NCBI GenBank assembly: GCA_038065175.1
Contig: JBBTRN010000022.1
Span: 1 to 48,395 of the forward strand
Source of the DNA: Patescibacteria group bacterium
GTDB taxonomy: Bacteria; Patescibacteriota; Doudnabacteria; UBA920
Direction of reading: 5' to 3'
Length of the DNA: 48,395 bases
The first letter of the stretch is position 1, and every line of letters begins with the position of its first letter. Made by a program: the position numbers and the translations under genes. Under the pieces are notes generated by a model. It was not told the origin of the DNA. It saw only the letters and a list, made by a program, of their open reading frames with translations, and did no database searches. This document shows positions 21,437 to 30,520 of this stretch, piece by piece.

Positions 21437-21770
21437 ACTTCCTCGTTTCTTTGCAAGCGAATTTCCAGCACTTTATCGCCTGCGTTTGGAATGTGCTACT
21501 GTGCTGGTTGCTTTAAACATTCGGGTCCTTTTGCATTAGCGTACTAGTACAGTGATGCAAAAGGATGCGTAAAATAACCAAAACAAAAACACCTTCCGCA
21601 AAGGGCCGGGAGGTGTTCAAAACTAATATCTGGTATCTATTACCTAATATCTACATATCAAACTCCGGACTTTGCAGGTTTAGCAAAGCCCAGTTCCAGT
21701 TCTTGTTTAATTTAAATACCGTATTTTTCATACTAGCCCAACTATATACTACTCCGAATCCTTTGTCAAT

Positions 21771-21786
21771 AGCGTACTAGTACGCT
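21771..21786. repeat. Third GTACTAGTAC-core palindrome (AGCGTACTAGTACGCT) outside the cassette
   Basis: Perfect 16-bp palindrome, 27 nt downstream of the gpmI stop. Its left flank tcctttgtcaat resembles the arm tccttttgcatt of the 21526-21565 site. Confidence 0.8.
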
Positions 21787-21812
21787 GAAACATGAAAAAA
21801 TTAAAAACCTTG

Positions 21813-23720
21813 CTATTTTAGGGTTGCATTAATTACCGGCAAAAGGCTTATTCCGGTCATTTCTTCAGGCTTGCTTATGCCCATGAGCTCCAAAACCGTA
21901 GGCGCAATGTCGCCTATACTGCCATCCGGAGTTCGGGAAGCCAGGCTCAAAAAATTTAAATCTTTCATTTTGCTGAATTTCAATTCACGGGAAACGATTA
22001 AAAACGGCACGGGATTATTGGTGTGATCCTTATTTATGCCGCCGGTTTTTAAATCTATCATTTGCTCAATGTTACCGTGGTCCGCAGTAATGATTAAACA
22101 GGCTCCTGCCTCCAAACTGGCGTCCACAAGCTTTTTTAACTGGCTGTCTAAAACTTCAACAGCCTTAATCCCGGACTTTAGCGAACCGGTGTGGCCAACC
22201 ATGTCGGCATTGGCAAAATTTGCCACAAAAAAATTAGTTGGGCTGTTAATTATGCTAGCGCTCAATATATCCGCCAGCTCTTCGGCCGACATTTCGGGGT
22301 GGTCAACATAATTTCTTGCGTTGTCGGGACTAGCCACAATTTTTCTTTCCTCTTTGGGAAAGGGATCTGTCCTGCCGCAGTCAAAAAATGAGGTAACATG
22401 CGCGTATTTTTCGCTTTCCGAAATATGGAACTGCGGAAGGTTTTTCTGGGCAAGTACTTCAGCTAAATTATTTTTTAAGTTTACCTGCTCAAAAGCCACG
22501 CGGACTTCGGGCAAATTCTGCGCGTATTCAGTCATTGTGGCAAAATACAGGTTTTTGATAGGCGGGTGGCGATAATTTTCCGGGAGCTTTGGGGGCTGGA
22601 TAAACGCCTGGGTTAGCTGTAATGCCCTGTCCGGGCGGAAGTTGAAAAAAATCACGGAATCATTATCGTCGATTTTTGTAATTGGGTAATTCTGGCCGCT
22701 TTGGCCAATCTCGCATATGACAGTCGGTTTTATCATTTCATCATAAACGCTATTTTGGTAATTCCTCCAAATGCAGTCTTCGGCAGAATGGGCAATTTCG
22801 CCCTCTCCATGGACCAACGCCTTATAAGTAAGGTCAGTCTGGTTCCAGTGCCCGCCCCTGTCCATTGCGTAAAAACGGCCGGATATGGTGGCAATTTCAC
22901 CCACACCGATTTTTGCAATTCTTTCCCTTAACTTTTTTATGGAATCCTGCGCGGCTTTTTCCGCTGTATCCCGTCCGTCCGTAAACATGTGGATGTAAAC
23001 TTTTTTTAAGCCCTTGTCTTCAGCCAAAGCCAAAAGCGCGTATAGGTGTTCGTCCAGGCTGTGCACTCCGCCTTCCGAAACCATGCCTAAAAGATGCAGG
23101 CGGGAATTATTCCGGCTGGCATGGTTTATGGCCTCCAAAAGGGTTTTATTTATAAAAAAATCCCCGTTCTGGATAGCAGCGGAGATTCTTGGCAAATCCT
23201 GCCCCACAATCCTCCCTGCGCCAATATTTAAATGCCCAACCTCACTGTTACCCATCTCCCCCCATGGCAGGCCGACAAGCGGCCCGGAAGCGTGCAGGGT
23301 AAAGCTCGGGTAATTGGCAGCCAAGTAATCTAAAGTCGGGTGCCTGGCACGAAAAATCGCGTTGCCGTGGGAAGGGCTAGCCACGCCAAAACCGTCTAAA
23401 ATTACCAAAACCACCTTTTTGTAAATAACTCTTTCCTCCGTCCCTGTTGTGGGAATAATCTTTTTTTCTTTTTCCTCCCCCTTAGAAGGAGGACTAGCTT
23501 GCCCCGTACCGAATGGTACCGGGGGGGAAGGGTTGGTATTAGACAGAACAGGTTTAGGTACATCCAAAATCGCCGCGGGATGATTTATCGGCCCACTAGC
23601 AGGCGGATGGGGCACAGGCAATCTACCTCCCCCTTTAAGAAAGGAGAAGCCAGGGGGGTTTTGGTTAGGTAAAAAACTCGGCGGGGAGGATAATAAATTT
23701 TGTTTCAAATTATCGGGCAT
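21813..23720 (-). CDS. gpmI: 2,3-bisphosphoglycerate-independent phosphoglycerate mutase with a ~95-aa Pro-rich N-terminal extension
   Basis: The core starts at KKVVLVILDGFG and includes the motifs GNSEVGH, FTDGRD and ADHGN. The extension is encoded by GC-rich, hairpin-containing sequence at 23430-23720. Confidence 0.85.
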   Translation of the reverse strand: MPDNLKQNLLSSPPSFLPNQNPPGFSFLKGGGRLPVPHPPASGPINHPAAILDVPKPVLSNTNPSPPVPFGTGQASPPSKGEEKEKKIIPTTGTEERVIYKKVVLVILDGFGVASPSHGNAIFRARHPTLDYLAANYPSFTLHASGPLVGLPWGEMGNSEVGHLNIGAGRIVGQDLPRISAAIQNGDFFINKTLLEAINHASRNNSRLHLLGMVSEGGVHSLDEHLYALLALAEDKGLKKVYIHMFTDGRDTAEKAAQDSIKKLRERIAKIGVGEIATISGRFYAMDRGGHWNQTDLTYKALVHGEGEIAHSAEDCIWRNYQNSVYDEMIKPTVICEIGQSGQNYPITKIDDNDSVIFFNFRPDRALQLTQAFIQPPKLPENYRHPPIKNLYFATMTEYAQNLPEVRVAFEQVNLKNNLAEVLAQKNLPQFHISESEKYAHVTSFFDCGRTDPFPKEERKIVASPDNARNYVDHPEMSAEELADILSASIINSPTNFFVANFANADMVGHTGSLKSGIKAVEVLDSQLKKLVDASLEAGACLIITADHGNIEQMIDLKTGGINKDHTNNPVPFLIVSRELKFSKMKDLNFLSLASRTPDGSIGDIAPTVLELMGISKPEEMTGISLLPVINATLK

Positions 23721-23810
23721 AGAAATAACAGCCCAAATTTCGCTAATTTTTGGACAAATTTATTATATCAAACAATAAACCCTTTACAAAACCCCGATCT
23801 TATTATAATT

Positions 23811-24494
23811 CTATGACACCCCTTGCAACTTTTCACCCCTCCAAAACTTATAAATTACTGAAATATAAGCGGCGGCAAAAAACGCCCAAATTAAATCTTC
23901 AATAGGTGCTTTTAAAATAATTAAGCCGGAAAGCTTGTCAAGATACCAAACATTTTGCACCCAACCTGGACTAAGCCATTCTGCCCACCAAAACCACAAC
24001 ACTGCCAAAGGTACAGATATGAACCCTATCAATAGCGACGGCAAGATTAAGTCTTTTCTTCTTAACCAAATAAAAAAAATGGCCACCCCAAAAGCTATTA
24101 CAGAACTATAAAAACTATGCAGACTTAAAACAAAAAAAGTAAAGTAATTCAAAAATAAAAACAAAATAATTGTAAAAAATCCAAAAAACCTATTTGTATC
24201 ATCCAGTGAATTTAAAGGCACGGTTTTCTTTTTGAATAATATCTGATAAAGAACGCTCAAGCCTCCTCCCCCGAAAAAACAAAACATGAAATCTTCAATG
24301 CCAAATTTTGTGCCCGTGATTGTTTCGGGATGCCACCAATCAATTAAAAATAGCGGCTGCATTAAATAAGCTGACGCGCCGAATATTGCGGATACCCAAA
24401 GCAATTCTTTCCTTGTGTCTTTCCGCCAGAAAAATATTATTAGCCATGCCGCTACAAAAATTAAGTCAGAAAATAAATAGGCATATTTGTACAT
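23811..24494 (-). CDS. Membrane protein with two lycopene-cyclase-domain-like PxE(E/D) motifs
   Basis: FGIEDFMFCFF and APIEDLIWAFF in a 7-TM-like protein. The family assignment is tentative. Confidence 0.45.
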   Translation of the reverse strand: MYKYAYLFSDLIFVAAWLIIFFWRKDTRKELLWVSAIFGASAYLMQPLFLIDWWHPETITGTKFGIEDFMFCFFGGGGLSVLYQILFKKKTVPLNSLDDTNRFFGFFTIILFLFLNYFTFFVLSLHSFYSSVIAFGVAIFFIWLRRKDLILPSLLIGFISVPLAVLWFWWAEWLSPGWVQNVWYLDKLSGLIILKAPIEDLIWAFFAAAYISVIYKFWRGEKLQGVS

Positions 24495-24503
24495 ACGAAT
24501 TTT

Positions 24504-25038
24504 TTATAGATTTTTTAAAAAATTTTCTAATACAATGTTCATTGCCCATATTCCTGATCCTGCGAATGCCCAAAAAGGCACGCTTAACCAACTGGTAGTT
24601 CTGTTTAATAGTGGAAATTTTTCATAAAGCCATAAATGCCTTCCTCTTATCCCTAAATAAGTCTTACCCACCAATGCCTCAAGTAATGGGCCAAAAATTG
24701 ACCAAAAAAAGAAGATAGCAAATATTTTCATACCTTCAACCTTAAATAAAGGTTCCTCGCAGCAGAGCTGGCGAGGTATTAACTGCAAGGGGAGAACTAT
24801 CATTTCGGAGCAAAGCTCCGAGGTATTAAACCTGTATTAGCTCCTCGGCTCGCAAGATAATCCTTAAGGATTATCTTGACTCGCTCTACGTCGCGAATAA
24901 AAACAAAAATGATATTAACGGCAATATAAAAACTGCCGCATACTCATACCAAAAATATTTCTTTTTATAATGCAAAAAATGAGAGGTTAAAAGAAAACCA
25001 ACGGGTATGGATAATAAGTAAATCAAATGATATTGCAT
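24504..25038 (-). pseudogene. Membrane-protein gene apparently split by a repeat insertion
   Basis: A 50-codon ORF (24886-25038, MQYHLIYLLSIPVGFLL...) starts 1 nt after the pgk stop and ends in TAG inside repeat sequence (24735-24900, which includes gagtcaagataatccttaaggattatcttgcgag). A hydrophobic ORF resumes in another frame (24504-24803). Confidence 0.4.
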
Positions 25039-25039
25039 A

Positions 25040-26269
25040 CTATTTCAAACTTTCAATGCCTGGCAGTTTATTTCCGGCTAAGTATTCGAGCATGGCCCCG
25101 CCGCCGGTCGAGACATGGTCAATATGCTCAAATTGGTGGGTCTGGCGGATAATGTCTACCGTGTCCCCGCCGCCTACCACCACAAAGGCTTTGCCTTTCC
25201 CCCGCCCGCCAATGAGCCTCGCAAGGGCAAAGCTCGCGTGGTGGAAAGGCTTTTTTTCGTACATACCCAAAGGCCCGCTCCAAACTATAGTTTTGGCGGT
25301 TTTAATGTGTTTGGAAAATTCCATAATAGTTTTTGGTCCGGCGTCTAAAATTTGTTCCCGTGGTGATACTTCGTACGGTAAACACACCCGAATACTGTCT
25401 GTATCCATATTTTTATTTGCCACTACCACATCCAGCGGTAAAATTAATTTATTTTTATAGTTTTTCATTATTTGAAAAGCTATCCTATCTTCGCCTTCTT
25501 CGACTTTAGATAAGCCTATTTCATAGCCTTTATTTTTAAACATAAGGCTCGCGACTCCCCCACCGACTAATATTATATCTGCTTTTTTGCCTAAATTTTC
25601 CAAAGCCCCGACTTTTTCAGTCAGCTTAATGCCGCCGGTCATAAGCACCAAAGGCTTTTTAGCGTGTTTTAATACAGCATCCAGAGATTTAATTTCCTGC
25701 TCCAAAAGCAGGCCTGCATAAGAGGACAGGAGCTTCGTAACGCCTACATTCGATGCCACCGGATGATGTGTCTTGGTGAAATCATCGTCTACATATATAT
25801 CTGCCAAACTGGCTAATTTGTTGGCAAATTCCGAATCGTCAGAAAGTTCTTCGGGATAATATTCTAAATTTTCCAAAAATACCACATCTTTTTTTGGAAT
25901 ATTTTTTATTTGCTCTAGATGTTTTTCCTCACGAATGTCGCCGCTATAAAAAATCAAGTGTGGGATTTCATAATCCGGCAAAGCATAATTTGTCGCAATA
26001 AACTTGAAGCCTAAAAGATCAGCCATGCATTCAGCGGCGGGTCTTAGGCTAAATTCTGGAACCGGCTTGCCCTTAGCCCGCTTCATCTTGCCGCAAATAA
26101 TTACTTTATTGCCGTTTGATCTTAAAAATTTCACGGTCGGCAAAAACGAGCGCAAACGAAAATCATCGCTCACCTTACCTTTGGCTAAATCAACCGAGGC
26201 ATCTACACTGCCACGAACTAGAACTGTCTTATGTTGTATCTTTGATGTTTTAAGATACTTTACTATCAT
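25040..26269 (-). CDS. pgk: Phosphoglycerate kinase
   Basis: Full-length similarity to Pgk. C-terminal VSTGGGAMLEYLAG. Confidence 0.92.
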   Translation of the reverse strand: MIVKYLKTSKIQHKTVLVRGSVDASVDLAKGKVSDDFRLRSFLPTVKFLRSNGNKVIICGKMKRAKGKPVPEFSLRPAAECMADLLGFKFIATNYALPDYEIPHLIFYSGDIREEKHLEQIKNIPKKDVVFLENLEYYPEELSDDSEFANKLASLADIYVDDDFTKTHHPVASNVGVTKLLSSYAGLLLEQEIKSLDAVLKHAKKPLVLMTGGIKLTEKVGALENLGKKADIILVGGGVASLMFKNKGYEIGLSKVEEGEDRIAFQIMKNYKNKLILPLDVVVANKNMDTDSIRVCLPYEVSPREQILDAGPKTIMEFSKHIKTAKTIVWSGPLGMYEKKPFHHASFALARLIGGRGKGKAFVVVGGGDTVDIIRQTHQFEHIDHVSTGGGAMLEYLAGNKLPGIESLK

Positions 26270-26270
26270 T

Positions 26271-27290
26271 TTATTTACCTACCATTATTACCTCTTCCAC
26301 CAACCTATTAGAATACCCATATTCATTGTCATACCATGCCACGACTTTCACAAAATTGCCATCTACGACTTGGGTTAGAGAAAGGTCGACTATGGCCGAT
26401 GCAGGGTCGCCGACAATATCAGTTAAAACCAACGGCTCGCTCGATACCTCTAAGAATCCTTTATAGTGCTTGTCTTTAGATGCATCAATAAAAGCCTGGT
26501 TGATTTCTTCTTTGGTCGTGTTTTTCTTTAGGAGGATGGTGAAATCGGACAAAGAGCCAACAGAAGTAGGCACCCTAAAAGCTATGCCATCGAACTTACC
26601 TTTTAGGTCAGGTATAGTTTGTGTAGCCGAGATGGCCGCTCCCGTGGTCGTGGGGATAATATTTATGGCCGCGGCGCGCGCCCTTCTAAGGTCGTTCGAT
26701 TTCCCGCCAGGCGGTGGCCCGTCCACCAAATTTTGTTCTGCTGTATAGCTGTGGATGGTTGTCATAAACGCCTTTTCCACGCCGAATTTTTTATGCAAAA
26801 CATCCAAAACTGGAGCTATACAGTTAGTGGTGCAGGAAGCGTTGCTGATTATGTTTTCGCCATTATATTTATCCTGATTAACTCCAAGTACTATGGTATG
26901 TGTAATCCCTTCGTCTTTCGCGGGAGCGGAAATAATAACTTTTTTTGCCCCGGCTTTAAGGTGTGCCCCGGCTTTTTCGCTGTCTGTAAACCTGCCGGTA
27001 GATTCAATTACCACATCGACCCCCAATTTCCCCCAAGGCAAATTAGCCGGGTCTTTTTCCCCGAACACCAGATACTTTTTGCCGTCAACGATGATATTGC
27101 TTTCATCTGACGAAACATCATGCGGAAACTTGCCGTAATTGCTGTCGTACTTTAAAAGATGCGCTAAGACCGCGGTTGAAGTCAAATCGTTTATGCCTAC
27201 AACTTCCAACTCCGCTTTTTCCAGGGCAATTTTAAACGCCTGCCTACCGATGCGACCAAAACCATTTATTCCAACCTTAATTTTTGACAT
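26271..27290 (-). CDS. gap: Glyceraldehyde-3-phosphate dehydrogenase
   Basis: INGFGRIGR, active-site SNASCTTNC, WYDNEYGYS. Confidence 0.95.
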   Translation of the reverse strand: MSKIKVGINGFGRIGRQAFKIALEKAELEVVGINDLTSTAVLAHLLKYDSNYGKFPHDVSSDESNIIVDGKKYLVFGEKDPANLPWGKLGVDVVIESTGRFTDSEKAGAHLKAGAKKVIISAPAKDEGITHTIVLGVNQDKYNGENIISNASCTTNCIAPVLDVLHKKFGVEKAFMTTIHSYTAEQNLVDGPPPGGKSNDLRRARAAAINIIPTTTGAAISATQTIPDLKGKFDGIAFRVPTSVGSLSDFTILLKKNTTKEEINQAFIDASKDKHYKGFLEVSSEPLVLTDIVGDPASAIVDLSLTQVVDGNFVKVVAWYDNEYGYSNRLVEEVIMVGK

Positions 27291-27299
27291 ATTAATATC

Positions 27300-27530
27300 T
27301 TAATAATTTTTTAATTGTTTATGTAAAATTTCGCGTTGTTTTTTCTGGTTGCTTTTCTTTATTTCCAAATTTTTCCTGGTCTTGGGCATTTCCTGGTACT
27401 CGGCGGCCATTAAGACGGAGGCTTTCCAGCTCAAAACAATCCCGGTGCCCAATACCCCTAAAAAAATAATAATGCAAAACCTTAAAACTATATTCGGCTC
27501 GCGCACCCCTTCGCCAATTAATCCGCTCAT
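27300..27530 (-). CDS. Small membrane protein (76 aa)
   Basis: One TM helix (FCIIIFLGVLGTGIVL) followed by a Lys-rich tail. ORF evidence only. Confidence 0.4.
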   Translation of the reverse strand: MSGLIGEGVREPNIVLRFCIIIFLGVLGTGIVLSWKASVLMAAEYQEMPKTRKNLEIKKSNQKKQREILHKQLKNY

Positions 27531-27535
27531 GAAAG

Positions 27536-28552
27536 TTAGTCGTCTTTCCTTTCTACTATTGCCAATACCTGTTTTTTTACCTTCTCGCTGTCAATAATTA
27601 CTGCTTTAAAATTTTTCATTTTTTTTAGTTTATCCTCAATTTCCTTTTTGGTCAAAAGCCCGGCCTGAGGCCCAACTTTTTGCACTACACTCCCAGCGTT
27701 CACCGGGCCCCACAAAAGAGCCTGGGAATGGGGCAGACCGTAAAAAAGAGCGGAAATATAAGCGGTAGTAAAACCGTCCCCCGCTCCCGTGGCTTCTAGC
27801 CTGGGTCCGGGATATACCGGGGAATAGTAAAAGCCTTCGTGGCTATAACTATACGCCCCCTTCCTGCCGTCTGTAAGAGCCACGGCTTTGGGGCCAAGTT
27901 TTATTAATTTTTTTGACAATTCCTCCGGATCTCTCCCGCATTCCCCCACCCAACTTTGGGCTTCCTCCATATTTAATGATAACACATCGGTCCGCTTTAA
28001 AATTGAGGCATTGGCTTTCGGCCCTGCCCTAAGCATAAAAGTTCCCGGATTAAAACCTAATTTTACTTCATAACGGTCAATATATTTGCAAAGATCAGGG
28101 TAAATTTTTTCAAAGCCCTCTCCCATACTGGTAAGATATGCCCACTGGGAATGAGCCAAAGAAGGAAGCTTGTATTCGCGATGCTGGTGAAAAACTAATA
28201 TTGTTCTTTCACCCTCGTGTGAAATGACAAAAGAAGCATTGGTGCTATGCTTATCATCGATGATTATGTAGCGCTCCGACACGCCTTCCTTTTTCATTTT
28301 ATGCAAAATTTCCCGTCCGCCTACGTCGTGGGCTAAAACAGTGTAAAAACCGGCTTTCATCCCAAGCCTAGATGACCCGACGGCATTATTAGCCGCGTTG
28401 CCCGCGACAGTTTTATACATTTCATCCACGGGCAATTTGTCTCCCCAATTCAAAACCGCCTTTTCCTTGCCATTGATATTTTTTATTTCAATATCTTTAA
28501 CAAACAAAAAGGTGTCTATTGTCGCGTCGCCGATGGAAATAATGTCGAACAT
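27536..28552 (-). CDS. PfkB/ribokinase-family carbohydrate kinase
   Basis: N-terminal IGDATIDTF, C-terminal ATGAGDGFTTAY anion-hole motif. Substrate not assignable from sequence. Confidence 0.8.
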   Translation of the reverse strand: MFDIISIGDATIDTFLFVKDIEIKNINGKEKAVLNWGDKLPVDEMYKTVAGNAANNAVGSSRLGMKAGFYTVLAHDVGGREILHKMKKEGVSERYIIIDDKHSTNASFVISHEGERTILVFHQHREYKLPSLAHSQWAYLTSMGEGFEKIYPDLCKYIDRYEVKLGFNPGTFMLRAGPKANASILKRTDVLSLNMEEAQSWVGECGRDPEELSKKLIKLGPKAVALTDGRKGAYSYSHEGFYYSPVYPGPRLEATGAGDGFTTAYISALFYGLPHSQALLWGPVNAGSVVQKVGPQAGLLTKKEIEDKLKKMKNFKAVIIDSEKVKKQVLAIVERKDD

Positions 28553-28638
28553 ATAATCACAGATCTTTTAAGGCACACGGATTACACAGATTCACATATT
28601 AATTTTAAATTTTGCGCTGTAATTTTACACTTTTCGCT

Positions 28639-29613
28639 TTACATTTTACGCTTTAATACCCTCCTCACAGCCTCCACAACCGCCGCTTTATCCATTTTAT
28701 ATTTTGCCAAAAGTTCTTCCGGCTTGCCGCTTTCGCCAAAAGTATTTTGCATGCCGACCATCTCTACAGGAACAGGATAATGGAGAGCTAAAACTTCAGC
28801 CACAGCCGAACCGCATCCAGCCATAATTTGATGCTCTTCCACGGTTACTACTGCCCCGCACTTTTTTGCCGCGCTTTTGATGGTTTGAATATCTATAGGC
28901 TTAATTGTATGGTTATTTACAACCATACAGCTAATGCCTTCTTTCTCTAAATCTATGGCAGTCAAAAGCGCGTTGTATAAAACTGGACCGCTACCGATTA
29001 CAACAACATCGTCACCTTCCCTAAAAACTTCCGCCTTGCCTACTACAAACGGCGTTTCCACTGTTGTAATCAACGGAGTCTTGGAGCGGCCAACCCTAAA
29101 ATAAGCAGAGCCTTCCATCCGTCCTAGAGCAACCACTGCTTTCCTGGCTTCCACAAAATCACAAGGCACCACCACTGTTAAATTCGGCAAAACGCGGGTT
29201 ATTGCAATATCTTCCAAAGCCTGGTGGGTAGCGCCGTCCGGCCCTACGGAAACCCCGGTGTGCGCTCCCGCGACCTTCACATTTGCCCGGCTATAACAGA
29301 CGCTCACGCGCAATTGGTCCCAACTGCGCCCCGGAGAAAAAACAGCATAAGATGACACAAACGGCACTTTGCCATATAGCGCGAGCCCCGCGGCAATGCC
29401 CATCATATTTTGTTCCGCTACCCCGCATTCTATAAATCGCTGCGGATATTTTTTTGCAAATTCCAATACCTGTGTGCTCTCCGCCAAATCCGCGGTTAAT
29501 ACGACCACTCTTTCATCTTCTAAAGCCAAATCCAAAACTCCCTGGCCATAACCTTTACGGGTAGCTTCCTGCTCAATGTCTTCTTGCCCAATTTTAAGAT
29601 TGAGATTCAGCAT
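28639..29613 (-). CDS. tkt: Transketolase, C-terminal (pyrimidine-binding) subunit
   Basis: FIECGVAEQNMMGIAAGLA and DGATHQALEDIA. It pairs with the adjacent N-terminal subunit. Confidence 0.88.
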   Translation of the reverse strand: MLNLNLKIGQEDIEQEATRKGYGQGVLDLALEDERVVVLTADLAESTQVLEFAKKYPQRFIECGVAEQNMMGIAAGLALYGKVPFVSSYAVFSPGRSWDQLRVSVCYSRANVKVAGAHTGVSVGPDGATHQALEDIAITRVLPNLTVVVPCDFVEARKAVVALGRMEGSAYFRVGRSKTPLITTVETPFVVGKAEVFREGDDVVVIGSGPVLYNALLTAIDLEKEGISCMVVNNHTIKPIDIQTIKSAAKKCGAVVTVEEHQIMAGCGSAVAEVLALHYPVPVEMVGMQNTFGESGKPEELLAKYKMDKAAVVEAVRRVLKRKM

Positions 29614-29640
29614 AATTCCTAATTCATAATTCTTGATTCA

Positions 29641-30495
29641 TTACTCATGTTCACTTTTTATTTGTCCCCTAAGAGTCCTTATTTCATCCAAAGCTAATTT
29701 TGCCTGTGCTTTGTCCGGTGGGCTTCCATGCCATTTGTAGTCCCCTTCCATAAAATCTACGCCTTTGCCGGGGATAGTATGGGCTATTATGACTGTGGGC
29801 TTTTCATAAATTGCTTTGGCTTCATAGCAGGCATCAATTATCTCTTGAAGATTATGCCCGTCAACTTCTAAAACATGCCAATTAAAAGCTTCGTACTTGG
29901 CTTTTAAATTTTCCAAAGGCATAATGTCTTCCGTGTAACCGTCTATTTGGATGTTATTCCGGTCAATAATTGCGGTAAGATTATGGAGCTTATATTTTCC
30001 AGCAAACATTACCCCTTCCCAGGTTTGTCCTTCCTGTTGTTCGCCGTCAGACATAATTAAATACACGCGTTGGGATTTTTTCCTGTCCATCATAAGCCCG
30101 TAAGCAAACCCCACGGACTGCGAAACACCCTGCGCTAAAGGACCCGAGGTAGTTTCGAGCCCTGGCAAAGAGAGGTTGTGCGGATGCCCCTGTAGGCGGG
30201 AGTTTAATTTACGCAAGGTTTTTAGCTCCTCTTTAGGAAAATACCCGGCTTCGGCCAAGCTCGCGTACAAAACCGGGTTTATATGCCCGCAGGAAAGGAC
30301 TAAAAAATCCCTGTCCGGCCACTTGGGAATTTCGGGCTGATGGTTTAAAACATTAAAATAAAGCGCGGTAAACACATCGGCCATGCCCAAAGGCCCGGCC
30401 GAATGCCCGCTTCCTGCTTCTAAAAGCATTTCAATAATGTCTTGCCGGACATCGTTGGCTTTGTATTTTAATTCGTTTATGGATAATTTTTGCAT
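29641..30495 (-). CDS. tkt: Transketolase, N-terminal (TPP-binding) subunit
   Basis: GSGHSAGPLGMAD, SCGHINPVLY, MSDGEQQEG. Confidence 0.88.
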   Translation of the reverse strand: MQKLSINELKYKANDVRQDIIEMLLEAGSGHSAGPLGMADVFTALYFNVLNHQPEIPKWPDRDFLVLSCGHINPVLYASLAEAGYFPKEELKTLRKLNSRLQGHPHNLSLPGLETTSGPLAQGVSQSVGFAYGLMMDRKKSQRVYLIMSDGEQQEGQTWEGVMFAGKYKLHNLTAIIDRNNIQIDGYTEDIMPLENLKAKYEAFNWHVLEVDGHNLQEIIDACYEAKAIYEKPTVIIAHTIPGKGVDFMEGDYKWHGSPPDKAQAKLALDEIRTLRGQIKSEHE

Positions 30496-30520
30496 TTTGT
30501 GATGTCCGAGAGTGTGGGTT

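Larger units (their letters stand above)
20360..21625. mobile_element. Repeat-bounded two-gene cassette of unknown function next to the tRNA-like gene
   Basis: Direct repeats CCTTCC(CC)GCAA(A)GGG(G)C(C)GGG lie at 20363-20382 and 21592-21610. Just inside them are inverted T-rich tails and ~40-bp palindromic sites with core GTACTAGTAC (20403-20440 and 21526-21565). No recognisable transposase or integrase is present. Confidence 0.45.

Noticed and set aside
21565-21780. 71-aa + strand ORF from the track.
   Set aside because: It spans a terminator hairpin, A/T-rich iteron-like words and a palindrome. It has no SD or promoter, and its translation is low-complexity.
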